Below, piece after piece: positions 45,222-54,770 of a DNA stretch of 59,650 bases (positions within the stretch are counted from its first letter, which is position 1; every line of letters begins with the position of its first letter). Under the pieces are notes generated by a model, which searched no databases, had not been told where the DNA came from, and worked only from the letters and a program-made list of their open reading frames with translations. Source of the stretch: a virus (taxonomy: Duplodnaviria > Caudoviricetes); IMG/VR virus record IMGVR_UViG_3300043431_000358, positions 1 through 59,650 of that record, one strand, 5' to 3'. Position numbers and translations under genes: made by a program.

Positions 45222-47735
45222 ATGACCGACTACACCACGTTCCTGCGCCAGAAGATCAAGCTGGCCAGCTTCAAGGGATTCGAGGTTGCTGCCGAGGAAC
45301 TGAATCCGAAGCTCAAGCCGCACACGAAGGACATCGTCCGCTGGGCGGCGAAGGGTGGCAGCCGCGCCGTCTTTGCGAGCTTCGGCCTGCACAAGACGGT
45401 GACGGCGCTGGAGTGGTTCCGCCTGATGGGCATCTACCGGCCAGGCCTGCGCCTCAACGTGTGCCCGCTCGGCGTGCGGCAGGAGTTCATCCTTCAGGCG
45501 GTCGAGCACTTCCAGGGCGAGTTCGCGCTGGACCTGCGCTTCATTCGCACGGACAGCGAGATCGGCGATGAGCGCACGATCTACCTCACGAACTACGAGA
45601 GCGTGCGCGAGGGCAAGATCACGCCGCGCCTGTTCCGCGCGACCAACCTCGATGAGGCGAGCGTGCTGCGCAGCTACGGTAGCAAGACTTACCAGGAGTT
45701 CCTTCCGGCATTCGAGAGCGTCGAGTTCAAGCTGGTGAACACGGCCACGCCCAGCCCGAACCGGTTCAAGGAACTCATCCACTATGCCGGTTACCTGGGC
45801 GTGATGGACACCGGACAGGCGCTGACGAGGTTCTTCCAGCGTGACAGCGAGAAGGCCGGGAACCTGACGCTGTACCCGCACAAGGAACAAGAGTTCTGGT
45901 TGTGGGTCGCGAGCTGGGCAGTCTTCATCCAGCGGCCGAGCGACCTAGGGCACAGCGACGAAGGCTATGTACTGCCGGCGCTTGACGTGCGGTATCACGA
46001 GGTGCCGAGCGACTACACCAGGGCTGGCCACGAGAAGGACGGGCAGGCGCTCATGTTCACGGATCCAGCGATTGGCCTGAGCGCGGCGGCCACGGAGAAG
46101 CGCGACAGCATGCCGGCGCGCATTGCCAAGGTGGCTGAGATCGTCGCGGCGGATCCTGACGATAACTTCATCGTGTGGCACGACCTGGAAGACGAGCGCC
46201 ACGCCATCCAAGCCGTGCTCCCGGAGGCTGTGAGCGTGTGGGGCTCGCAGGATCTGGATGAGCGCGAAGCGCGCATCGTCGGCTTCGGAGATGGCCAGCA
46301 CCGGATCCTCTCGACCAAGCCGGTGATTGCCGGCAGCGGCTGCAACCTGCAGCGGTACTGCCACCGAGAGATCTTCGCAGGTGTCGGATTCAAGTTCAAC
46401 GACTTCATCCAGTCCATCCACCGCGTGCACCGCTTCGGCCAGAGCCGGCCAGTGCGCATCGACATCGTCCACACCGAGTCGGAGCGCGAGGTGCTGCGCA
46501 GCCTGCTGACGAAGTGGGCCAAGCACGACGAAATGCAAACCACCATGACCGACATCATCCGCAAGTACGGCCTGAACGAACTGGCCATGCAAGAGACACT
46601 GGCGCGCTCCATTGGCGTGAGGCGCATCGAGGTCAAGAGCGACCTTTACTGCGTGGCGAACAACGACTGCGTGGAAGAGGCGAAGCTGCAGCCCGACAAC
46701 TCGGTGGACCTGATAGTGACGTCGATCCCGTTCGCGAACCACTACGAATACTCTCCCTCATACAACGACTTCGGCCACACGGACGACAACGAGCACTTCT
46801 GGGCCCAGATGGAATTCCTCACGCCGGAGCTGTTCAGGATCCTGAAGCCGGGGCGCCTGGCGTGCATCCATGTCAAGAACCGCATCCGCTTTGGCAATGT
46901 CACGGGCCTTGGGTTCCCTACGGAGGACTACTTCCTGGAAGAGACGTCGATGCACTTCCGCAAGCATGGGTTGCCGAAGCTCGGCCTCGTGACGGTCGTG
47001 ACAGACGTCGTGCGGGAGAACAACCATACCTACCGGCTGGGCTACACGGAGATGTGCAAAGACGGCACGACCAAGGGTGTCGGCTGCTCGGAGTACATCG
47101 TCATCGTTCGCAAGCCTCAGACCGACCTGTCGCGCGGCTACGCCGATGTGCCAGTGGTGAAGTCCAAGGGGGACTACAGCCTCGCGCGCTGGCAGGTGGA
47201 TGCGCACGCGCTGTGGCGGTCGAACGGCAACAGGTTCCTGTCCGCCGAAGAGATGGCACTGATGGGCCCGGCGAAGCTGGCGAAGTTCTTCACCGACGAC
47301 AGCTTGCGGCGGATCTACGACTTCGAGCACCACGTCAAGATCGGCGATGAACTGCTGGCGCGTGGCGCGCTGCCATCGACCTTCATGAGTCTGGCGCCCG
47401 GCAGCCACCATAGCGAGGTCTGGCACGACGTGGTGCGCATGATCACGCTCAACAGCGACCAGTCGCGCCGGGCCGTGGAGAAGCACGTCTGCCCGCTGCA
47501 GTTCGACATCGTCGATCGGCTGATCGAGCGCTACAGCAACAAGGGCGAACGCGTCTATGACCCGTTCTCCGGGCTGGGCACCGTGCCGTATCGGGCCATC
47601 CTAAAGGGTCGCACAGGCGGCGGGTCGGAACTGAACGCAGATTACTTCCTTGACCAGGTGCACTACCTCAAGAGCGCCGAACAGCAGGTGTCGATGCCGT
47701 CTCTGTTCGACCTGGAAGATGAGGTTTCACAATGA
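45222..47735 (+). CDS. SNF2-like helicase domain fused to N6/N4 DNA methyltransferase
   Basis: FGLHKT, LDEAS, TATPSPN, Q...R.HRFGQ; MTase motifs TSIPF, H.CPLQ, DPFSGLGT. Confidence 0.85.
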   Translation: MTDYTTFLRQKIKLASFKGFEVAAEELNPKLKPHTKDIVRWAAKGGSRAVFASFGLHKTVTALEWFRLMGIYRPGLRLNVCPLGVRQEFILQAVEHFQGEFALDLRFIRTDSEIGDERTIYLTNYESVREGKITPRLFRATNLDEASVLRSYGSKTYQEFLPAFESVEFKLVNTATPSPNRFKELIHYAGYLGVMDTGQALTRFFQRDSEKAGNLTLYPHKEQEFWLWVASWAVFIQRPSDLGHSDEGYVLPALDVRYHEVPSDYTRAGHEKDGQALMFTDPAIGLSAAATEKRDSMPARIAKVAEIVAADPDDNFIVWHDLEDERHAIQAVLPEAVSVWGSQDLDEREARIVGFGDGQHRILSTKPVIAGSGCNLQRYCHREIFAGVGFKFNDFIQSIHRVHRFGQSRPVRIDIVHTESEREVLRSLLTKWAKHDEMQTTMTDIIRKYGLNELAMQETLARSIGVRRIEVKSDLYCVANNDCVEEAKLQPDNSVDLIVTSIPFANHYEYSPSYNDFGHTDDNEHFWAQMEFLTPELFRILKPGRLACIHVKNRIRFGNVTGLGFPTEDYFLEETSMHFRKHGLPKLGLVTVVTDVVRENNHTYRLGYTEMCKDGTTKGVGCSEYIVIVRKPQTDLSRGYADVPVVKSKGDYSLARWQVDAHALWRSNGNRFLSAEEMALMGPAKLAKFFTDDSLRRIYDFEHHVKIGDELLARGALPSTFMSLAPGSHHSEVWHDVVRMITLNSDQSRRAVEKHVCPLQFDIVDRLIERYSNKGERVYDPFSGLGTVPYRAILKGRTGGGSELNADYFLDQVHYLKSAEQQVSMPSLFDLEDEVSQ

Positions 47736-47953
47736 AAGTCAAAGGCCACGACGCGCTCGACGCGCAATGCCCGGCCCGCTGGTGCTGGTCGCCGGGGAAC
47801 TACCAGCACCGCGGAGCCTGTGGAGGTGGCGGGAGCCGGAACACTGGCACCGTCACGTCGTGCTGCCTGGAGCGGGCGCACCGCGGGTGCCCGCAGCCGC
47901 TGCCTGAGCCTGGCGATCCGGCGCCCACCGCACCTGGCCCGGCCAGCGCCTGA
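47732..47953 (+). CDS. Small Cys-rich hypothetical protein
   Basis: ATGA-coupled; gagg RBS. Confidence 0.45.
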   Translation: MKVKGHDALDAQCPARWCWSPGNYQHRGACGGGGSRNTGTVTSCCLERAHRGCPQPLPEPGDPAPTAPGPASA

Positions 47954-47955
47954 CG

Positions 47956-48525
47956 ATGCTGCGGCTCATCGTGGACATCAAGGGCCAGTTGCGGTCGTTC
48001 GACGCGCGGTGCCCAGGGCTGGAGAAGTTCCTTGCGGAGGCTGAGGTGCTGGACCCGGCCGCGGTGAAGGTCAATGCCGTGGAGCTGGTGGGAAAGAAGC
48101 AGCGCAAGGCGAAGCCCAACGCCAAGCCGAAGCCGGCGACCGACATCCCGTGCCCGTGCCAAGCCATCGCGGAGCTGTACGAAGAGAAGCTGCCGGAGCT
48201 GGCGGGCATCCAGTCCTTCGACGGCCCGCTGTGGGAGGAGCGGCAGGAGCACATGCGAGAGATGTGGGGCTGGATCCTCACGAGCGAGAAGCGCGACGGG
48301 ACGCGGCGCGCCACGACAGCCGCAGAGGCCATGGAATGGCTGGGCGAGTTCTTCGGCCGGGTCAACCTGATCGGCTGGATGATGGGGCGTGAGAACCGAG
48401 GTGTCGAACACGCAAAATGGAAGGCCGACCTCGATTACCTCATCCGCGGGCAGAAGGTCTGGGAGAAGGTCATTGCCGAATCGAACGTGGTCATCAAGGC
48501 TCAACGGGCCGGGGGTGGCCGGTGA
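47956..48525 (+). CDS. Putative replication initiator/replisome-organiser-like protein
   Basis: I..LY...LPEL and MG......WKADLD.LI.......KVI as in phage initiator C-domains; directly upstream of dnaB. Confidence 0.55.
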   Translation: MLRLIVDIKGQLRSFDARCPGLEKFLAEAEVLDPAAVKVNAVELVGKKQRKAKPNAKPKPATDIPCPCQAIAELYEEKLPELAGIQSFDGPLWEERQEHMREMWGWILTSEKRDGTRRATTAAEAMEWLGEFFGRVNLIGWMMGRENRGVEHAKWKADLDYLIRGQKVWEKVIAESNVVIKAQRAGGGR

Positions 48526-49985
48526 TGACTGAAGGGCGAAGGATCCGAAAGAGCATCGCTTTGTCTGGCGCCCCCGCAGCGGACCCGCGTGACGATGTGT
48601 CGCGTCTGCGTGTGCCGCCCCATAGCTCTGAAGCGGAGCAGTCGGTGCTGGGCGCGCTGCTGCTGGACAACAGCGCGTGGGATCGCGCCGGTGATCTCCT
48701 GTCCGCAAGCGACTTCTACCGGTACGAGCACAAGCTGATCTACGAGGCGATCTGCGGCCTGATCGCGGCCAGCAAGCCGGCGGATGTGGTCACGGTGCAC
48801 GAGGTGCTGGAGCGGGCCGGGAAGGCCCAGGAAGTCGGCGGCCTGGTCTACCTGAACGACCTGGCGCAGAGCGTGCCCAGCGCCGCCAACATCCGCCGCT
48901 ACAGCGAGATCGTGCGCGAGCGGGCGATCCTGCGCAAGCTGATCGCGGCCAGCGACGAGATCGCGACCAACGCATTCAACCCGCAGGGGAAGAGCGCTGC
49001 CGAGGTGCTCGACGCGGCGCAGAGCCTGGTGATCCAGGTTGCTGAATCCGGCTCCAAGGCGAACGATGACTGGGACGGTATAGGCGGCCTGGCAATCCGC
49101 TTCGCCGACGAGCTGAGCGAGTTCTCGATGGGAACCAAGGCGCCGGACGTAATCCCCACTGGCCTTGACGATCTGGATGAAAAGCTCAACGGCGGCCCGC
49201 GGCCTGGCGAGGTGGTGACCATCGGCATGCGCAGCGGCATGGGAAAGACGGCGCTGGGCCTGACGATACTGGCCACGGCTGCTGGGAAGGGCGAGCCCTG
49301 CGGCATGTTCTCGATGGAGATGCCGAAGCAGCAGGTGAACATGCGCATGGTGTCCATGATGTCCTATGTCCACCTGACCAAGCTCAAGCGCCCCGAGCGA
49401 CTGAACGACATCGACTGGGGAAAGATCAGCGACGCGACGGAGCACATCCAGGCGCTGCCAATCCACATCAACGACCAAAGCGGCCTGACGATCAACCAGA
49501 TCCGCGGCAAGGCCCGCGCGCTGCGGCGCAAGCTGGGCGGCCGGCTGCGGGTGCTGGTGGTCGATCACCTGGCGCTGACGCGCGGCAGTGACCCGAAGAT
49601 GCTGAGGACCTACCAACTGGCCGAGGTGACATCTGGCCTCAAGGCGCTGGCGAAGGAGCTTCACTGCGTGGTGTACCTGCTGGTGCAGATCAACCGGGCG
49701 ACCGATGGGCGGCCCGACTCGATGCCGCAGTTGGCCGATATCCGCGACACGTCGAGCGTGGAAGACGACAGCGACATCGTGGTGTTCGGCCACCGCGAGT
49801 ACAAGAACCACCCGGACCTGGCGGACGAGTGGAAGTACTTCGGCGAGTTGTCTGTCGCCAAACACCGGGACGGCGAGCTGGGCCGCATCTCCGTGATGTT
49901 CGTGGGCGAGAACGTGCGCTGGGCGAACTGGACGAAAGACGTGCCCACGCCGCGCAGCAAGACCATCGTGAAGAAGGATCTTTGA
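48525..49985 (+). CDS. dnaB: DnaB-like replicative helicase
   Basis: PPHS.EAEQSVLG, GMRSGMGKT, FSMEM, VVDHL, LKALAKEL, Q.NR, AKHRDG. Confidence 0.95.
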   Translation: MTEGRRIRKSIALSGAPAADPRDDVSRLRVPPHSSEAEQSVLGALLLDNSAWDRAGDLLSASDFYRYEHKLIYEAICGLIAASKPADVVTVHEVLERAGKAQEVGGLVYLNDLAQSVPSAANIRRYSEIVRERAILRKLIAASDEIATNAFNPQGKSAAEVLDAAQSLVIQVAESGSKANDDWDGIGGLAIRFADELSEFSMGTKAPDVIPTGLDDLDEKLNGGPRPGEVVTIGMRSGMGKTALGLTILATAAGKGEPCGMFSMEMPKQQVNMRMVSMMSYVHLTKLKRPERLNDIDWGKISDATEHIQALPIHINDQSGLTINQIRGKARALRRKLGGRLRVLVVDHLALTRGSDPKMLRTYQLAEVTSGLKALAKELHCVVYLLVQINRATDGRPDSMPQLADIRDTSSVEDDSDIVVFGHREYKNHPDLADEWKYFGELSVAKHRDGELGRISVMFVGENVRWANWTKDVPTPRSKTIVKKDL

Positions 49986-50482
49986 TGCGTTTTATCGGAA
50001 TCGACCTGGGGCTGTCAGGCGCGGCAGCAATGATCGACGGCGTGACCCGCGACATGGCGGTGACGGCGCTGCCCACCACCGACTCCGCGGCCGGGCGGCG
50101 CCTGCATGGCCGCGAGCTGCTGTCCATCCTGCGCGGCTGGGTGCCGGCCGGCGAGCCGTGCTTCGTGACCATCGAAGACATCAGGCCTCGCCCGGGTGAT
50201 CGTGGTGGGCACGGCAACACGATGCACAGCCAGGGCAGCCTGATGCGCAGCCGCGGCATCGTCGAGGCCGTGACCGACATCATGCCGGCGCATGTTCTTT
50301 GGGTCTGGCCAGCGAAGTGGAAGAAGCAGTTCGGGCTGATCGGCGCGGACAAGAACGCCAGCCGGGCCACCGCGGCGCGCATGTTCCCTGCGATGGCCCA
50401 CGCCTTCGCCCGGGTGAAGGACGACGGCCTGGCCGAGGCCATGCTGCTGGCCTACTACGGCATGCGGGAGGAGATGGGTTGA
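49985..50482 (+). CDS. RuvC-like Holliday junction resolvase
   Basis: FIGIDLGLSGA, IE, P..WKK..GL, DG.AEA.LLA.YG. Confidence 0.8.
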   Translation: MRFIGIDLGLSGAAAMIDGVTRDMAVTALPTTDSAAGRRLHGRELLSILRGWVPAGEPCFVTIEDIRPRPGDRGGHGNTMHSQGSLMRSRGIVEAVTDIMPAHVLWVWPAKWKKQFGLIGADKNASRATAARMFPAMAHAFARVKDDGLAEAMLLAYYGMREEMG

Positions 50483-50631
50483 CCCTTCACCTACGCCCCG
50501 TGGGCCGCGGCCGCTGGCGCCTGGCGGTCTGGACGATCCAGAGCGACCGGGCCACGCCCTACACCGTGAAGGTAGGCGACAGGATCCCCATGGGCGATAT
50601 CGTCTGGCGGGTGGTGGCCGTTCTTCCATGA
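50479..50631 (+). CDS. Small hypothetical protein
   Basis: TTGA-coupled, ggagga RBS. Confidence 0.4.
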   Translation: MTLHLRPVGRGRWRLAVWTIQSDRATPYTVKVGDRIPMGDIVWRVVAVLP

Positions 50632-50644
50632 CCAAAGGCACTGC

Positions 50645-52108
50645 ATGCTGACCCCCCAGTTCACTCTCGCGCTGGCCACCAAGCTGGTGGTCGATCTGTT
50701 CGCCGGCGGCGGCGGGGCCAGCACCGGCATTGAGCAGGCGATCGGCCGGCCGGTGGACATCGCCATCAACCACGACGCCAGCGCGCTGGCGCTGCACCGG
50801 GCAAACCATCCGCAAACGCTCCACCTGCGCAGCAACGTCTGGGACGTGGACCCGAGAGTGGCCACCGGCGGCCGGCTCGTGGGTCTGCTGTGGGCCAGCC
50901 CGGACTGCAGGCACTTCAGCCCAGCCAAGGGCGCGGCGCCGGTGAGCGACCGTGTGCGGAGCTTGGCGTGGGTGGTCGTGCGCTGGGCCACGCACTGCCG
51001 GCCTGACGTGATTCACCTGGAGAACATCCCGGAGTTCAGGAACTGGGGGCCCGTGGTGGCCGGCAGGCCGTGCCCAGACCGCAAGGGCAAGACGTTCCAG
51101 CGCTTCGTCCGCCAGCTCGAAGTCCTGGGCTACCAGGTGGAGCACCGGGAACTGCGTGCGTGCGACTACGGTGTCCCCACCATCCGCCGGCGCCTGTTCC
51201 TGGTGGCCAAGCTGCGCAGCGCCGGCCCGATCGTCTGGCCGCAGCCCACCCACGGGCCAGGCCTGCAGCCGTACCGCACGGCTGCCGACTGCATCGACTG
51301 GACCATCCCCTGCCCCAGCATCTTCCTGACGGCCGAGGAGGCCAAGGTGCTGGGTGTGCGTCGCCCGCTGGCCGAGGCCACGCTGCGACGGATCGCGCAC
51401 GGTGTGCATCGGTACGTGCTGGGCGAGGCCAAGCCCTTCATCATCCCCATCACCCACCAGGGCGGGGACAACCGGGTTGGGCGGCACCACGACGTGCGCG
51501 CGCCGCTGCCCACCATCACGGCGAACTCCAAGGGCGGCGAGTTCGCGCTGGTGTCGGCCTTCCTCACGAAGTTCTACGGCGGCGACCCGGCGCATGGCCA
51601 TACCGCGGCCGCAGTGAGCGAGCCGCTACCGACCGTCACGGCCCTGGACCACAACGGCCTGGTGGCCGGCACGCTGGTCAAGCTGCGCGGCACCAGCACC
51701 AGCCGGCCGGCGGATGCCCCGCTGGACACCATCAGCGCCGGCGGCGAGCACCACGGGGCGGTGATGGCGTTCCTGCAGGCGTACTACGGGACTGACCAGG
51801 ACCCGGACCTGCGCGAGCCCATGCACACGGTGCCGACGCGCGACCGCTTCGCGCTGGTGACGGTGCGCGGCCAGCGCTACATGCTGGCGGACATTGGGCT
51901 GCGCATGTTGGCTCCACGCGAGTTGTTCAGGGCCCAGGGCTTCGCGGAGAGCTACATCATCGACCGCGGCCTGGACGAGGCCGGCCGGTGGGTGAAGCTC
52001 ACGAAGCGCGACCAGGTGCGGCTGGTTGGAAATTCCGTGTGCCCGCCGCTGGCGCGCGCGCTGGTGGCGGCGAACTACAGCGACGTGGAACAGCGGCAAG
52101 CGGCATGA
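50645..52108 (+). CDS. C5-cytosine DNA methyltransferase
   Basis: DLFAGGGG, WASPDC.HFS, LENIPEF, DYG.PT.R.RLF, GNSVCP. Confidence 0.92.
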   Translation: MLTPQFTLALATKLVVDLFAGGGGASTGIEQAIGRPVDIAINHDASALALHRANHPQTLHLRSNVWDVDPRVATGGRLVGLLWASPDCRHFSPAKGAAPVSDRVRSLAWVVVRWATHCRPDVIHLENIPEFRNWGPVVAGRPCPDRKGKTFQRFVRQLEVLGYQVEHRELRACDYGVPTIRRRLFLVAKLRSAGPIVWPQPTHGPGLQPYRTAADCIDWTIPCPSIFLTAEEAKVLGVRRPLAEATLRRIAHGVHRYVLGEAKPFIIPITHQGGDNRVGRHHDVRAPLPTITANSKGGEFALVSAFLTKFYGGDPAHGHTAAAVSEPLPTVTALDHNGLVAGTLVKLRGTSTSRPADAPLDTISAGGEHHGAVMAFLQAYYGTDQDPDLREPMHTVPTRDRFALVTVRGQRYMLADIGLRMLAPRELFRAQGFAESYIIDRGLDEAGRWVKLTKRDQVRLVGNSVCPPLARALVAANYSDVEQRQAA

Positions 52109-52563
52109 GCGACCTGTTTGGCGCTCCACCAGCACCAGCCCCTGCGCCGCCACCCGCACGCCGGGCCCGCGCGCCCCGGGCGAAAGCAGCGCCAGCACCT
52201 GCAGCGCCGGCGCAGGTCAGCAGGCCGGCCGAGGAACTGCAGGTGGTGCAGGAGCAGCAGCCAGAGCCGCAAGCCACGAACTTGCCAACTTGCGCAAAAT
52301 CGCAAACTGGCGCCCCAGGGCCTACACCGGCGCCCGAGAAAATCAACATCGCGGGGCGTCAGTACGGCCTGGTGACGCTGCACGACGGCCGCCATGTGGA
52401 CAGCGCCAGCGAGGAATGGCGCCTGGAGACGCTGGCCCGGCACCTGCTGACCCTGGCGCCGCCGGAGCGGGATGACTGGCTGGCCGGCTGGCCCGTGGAT
52501 GCGGCCACAGAGATGCGCCTGCTGATGCGCGCCCTGCGTGCGACGGATCGCGTCGGCGAGTGA
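52105..52563 (+). CDS. Hypothetical protein
   Basis: ATGA-coupled; L.DG..V.S.SEEWR.E..AR motif. Confidence 0.6.
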   Translation: MSDLFGAPPAPAPAPPPARRARAPRAKAAPAPAAPAQVSRPAEELQVVQEQQPEPQATNLPTCAKSQTGAPGPTPAPEKINIAGRQYGLVTLHDGRHVDSASEEWRLETLARHLLTLAPPERDDWLAGWPVDAATEMRLLMRALRATDRVGE

Positions 52564-52628
52564 CAAACTTTGCCAGCGAACCTGCCGCGTTTCGTCAGTT
52601 CAAGGCCCGTGCCACGGCTTAAACCCCA

Positions 52629-52644
52629 TGGCACGGAACTGGCA
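52629..52644 (+). promoter_or_regulatory. sigma54-type -24/-12 promoter motif
   Basis: TGGCACGGAACTGGCA (GG-N10-GC) in intergenic DNA upstream of 52656. Confidence 0.5.
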
Positions 52645-52655
52645 ACTCAGAAGCC

Positions 52656-52883
52656 ATGACCGAAACCGAACCGATCCCAGCGCCAGCGAGCCCCCAGCAC
52701 CAATGCTACGAGCTGACCTTTGCGCTGCTTTCCAAACTGGCAGCCGGTGCGCTGGTGCAGGTAGACCCGGAGCACGTGCAGGAGTTCCTGGCGGAGATTG
52801 AGCACGCCCACCGGCTGCTGCGTGACGCGCAACTGGACCGGTGGATGTCCGCCCCGCGGCCCGAGGTGTACCCTGAAGGCTGA
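52656..52883 (+). CDS. Hypothetical protein
   Basis: ORF downstream of promoter motif. Confidence 0.55.
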   Translation: MTETEPIPAPASPQHQCYELTFALLSKLAAGALVQVDPEHVQEFLAEIEHAHRLLRDAQLDRWMSAPRPEVYPEG

Positions 52884-52901
52884 ACGGACGAAGGAGTTGC
52901 C

Positions 52902-53090
52902 ATGAGCGATCACCCGATGTTCCAGAGGATCACCCGGCGCATGGAGGTGCTGCAGCGGGAGATCGACAAGACGCACAAGGCCGGCGGCGATGCGCCAGCG
53001 CGTCCACCGCCGGCCAGGCCAGCGGCGCCCCGCGGGATCCTCACCCAGGGCGACGGCAAGCCGAAGCCGCAAGAATTCTGTTGCAAGTAG
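52902..53090 (+). CDS. Hypothetical protein
   Basis: Strong aaggag RBS. Confidence 0.55.
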   Translation: MSDHPMFQRITRRMEVLQREIDKTHKAGGDAPARPPPARPAAPRGILTQGDGKPKPQEFCCK

Positions 53091-53149
53091 CGCGCACTTA
53101 CATCAAAATGCGCGCCACGCGACAGCGCGGCAAACCCAGATACGCGCCG

Positions 53150-53395
53150 GGAAGCCTGCCAGGTGGGCAGGCGAAGGGTTGACGTCCCGCACCCGCTGAC
53201 GCAGCAACAGGCCAACCGCCCGGGGTTCACCTCCCGGGCGGGTTGCTCCAGCCGGATGGCCGGCCTGTTCACCTCCCCCACTCTCGCCTATCCTTCGCCC
53301 GTGCTGGCCTAGTCGGGGCCATCACGTCTCCTCGGGTGGATCGAGAGAGCGAGCCCAACCCGTTTGCCCCCGGCGCCATCACTGGACCGGGGGCT
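53150..53395. ncRNA. Candidate structured non-coding RNA between convergent operons
   Basis: Nested inverted repeats and a duplicated GTTCACCTCCC; no convincing ORF. Confidence 0.35.
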
Positions 53396-53401
53396 ACTTC
53401 A

Positions 53402-53779
53402 TCAGCAGGGCAGCGTGCCGGCGCCGTGGTGTTCGGCGGTGCCGAGGATGCCGATGATGGCGCCCACCTGATCCCTGCGGGCCGCCTCGTGGCCGTCCAG
53501 CGCCAGGCCGATGTCGGTGCTGGTCTCTTCCCAGTCGTGGCCCTGCGTGTGGATCTTGATCAGGTCGCCCGCCTGGATCAGGTCGATCAGCTCGTTCGTT
53601 TCCAGGTGGTTCAGGGGTTCGTGCTCGCCATCGGCCGTGGCCGCGTCGGCGACCTCCTCGGGCAGGCTGCCCGGCGTGGCGCGGTGGAACTGGTACGCCA
53701 GCAGGGCTGCATGGATGGTGGCCACGTCGCGCGGGTCGAGTTCGGTGGTCGCGACGGTCTGGATGGTCGTGGTGCTCAT
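53402..53779 (-). CDS. Hypothetical protein
   Basis: ggag RBS; ATI.AAL..YQ motif. Confidence 0.6.
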   Translation of the reverse strand: MSTTTIQTVATTELDPRDVATIHAALLAYQFHRATPGSLPEEVADAATADGEHEPLNHLETNELIDLIQAGDLIKIHTQGHDWEETSTDIGLALDGHEAARRDQVGAIIGILGTAEHHGAGTLPC

Positions 53780-53868
53780 TCGAGTGGTCTCCGGGAGAGT
53801 GGCGGCGCCGGCCGTGTGCTGGCGCCGAGTGCGATCGCACTGGCCTGGGCGGACCCAGGCCGCTGCAA

Positions 53869-54102
53869 TCAGGCTGGTGGACTCAGGCCGTCCAGGGCCG
53901 CGATGGCCTCGTGCAGCCTGGTGCGGAGCCTGCTGAGGGTCATGGTGTCGACGGCGCCGGTGGCCAAGCTGCACACAACGCGGTGGCGCGCCTCGTCCAC
54001 AACCTTGTTGGCCTCATGTGCGGCCGCGCTCCCTGCTGGAAGCCTGGCGTGCGTGACCGCCAGCTTGACCAGTTCATCGACGAGTTCGATCGTGGTGGTC
54101 AT
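53869..54102 (-). CDS. Hypothetical protein
   Basis: ORF in leftward small-gene run. Confidence 0.55.
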   Translation of the reverse strand: MTTTIELVDELVKLAVTHARLPAGSAAAHEANKVVDEARHRVVCSLATGAVDTMTLSRLRTRLHEAIAALDGLSPPA

Positions 54103-54109
54103 GGCCTGG

Positions 54110-54679
54110 TCACTTTTGGTTTGCGGACCAATGCAGGTTGCCGTGGCGGGCCCACATCAGCGCTGCTTGCTGGGCCTCCTTGGAGTTCTCGAACTGGAGC
54201 AGTTCACGCATGGCGTACGGGGCTGGCTGGCACTCGTGAGCCAGCGGAACGCTGGTTGTGGGGCGCGCCACCGGAGTTGCGTGGATGAATGCCGGCTGAC
54301 CGGCCGCGCGGCGCTCGTGCAGGTGGGCGGACACGTCACGGCTGATCAGCCAGCCGATGCCGACCAAGAATGCCGAGATCCACCCGATGCACTGCAGAAT
54401 TGGCGCCGGGGCGCACACGGCCGTGGTGGGCCAGCCGGTGCCGCTGAGAGCGTTCACGGCCACCGGGATCGCCGCTGACACGGCCAGCCAGGCGCCCAGG
54501 CCGACCTGCAGCGTGCGGTGCGCCATTGGGCGCTTGGTGCGGTCGTGCGCGGCGGCTTGGTGGCGGGCGTAGGCCCAGAAGACGAAGATGAGCGCGGCCA
54601 GGGCGGCCAGCGACTCCAGGGCGATGATGGCGTGCACCGGCGAATGGCCGATGGTGGCGCAGGCGAGATAGGCGTTCAT
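54110..54679 (-). CDS. Membrane protein (about 3 TM)
   Basis: Hydrophobic segments; gagga RBS. Confidence 0.6.
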   Translation of the reverse strand: MNAYLACATIGHSPVHAIIALESLAALAALIFVFWAYARHQAAAHDRTKRPMAHRTLQVGLGAWLAVSAAIPVAVNALSGTGWPTTAVCAPAPILQCIGWISAFLVGIGWLISRDVSAHLHERRAAGQPAFIHATPVARPTTSVPLAHECQPAPYAMRELLQFENSKEAQQAALMWARHGNLHWSANQK

Positions 54680-54690
54680 GGCGGGATCCT

Positions 54691-54715
54691 CAAAAAGCGC
54701 CCCGGGGTCGGGGCG
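54691..54715 (-). terminator. Putative intrinsic terminator
   Basis: Minus strand CGCCCCG-ACCC-CGGGGCG followed by CTTTTTG. Confidence 0.5.
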
Positions 54716-54770
54716 AAGCCTCTACGTTGAAATACTGGGCTGCGGCATTGCCCGGGCCGCTCAGGTCACT

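Noticed and set aside
53225-53277. GTTCACCTCCC duplication as a mini CRISPR array
   Set aside because: Only 11 bp, two copies, 42-bp period; too short for repeat plus spacer
53799-53867. tRNA gene suggested by three hairpins
   Set aside because: No T-loop or D-loop consensus and no 7-nt anticodon loop
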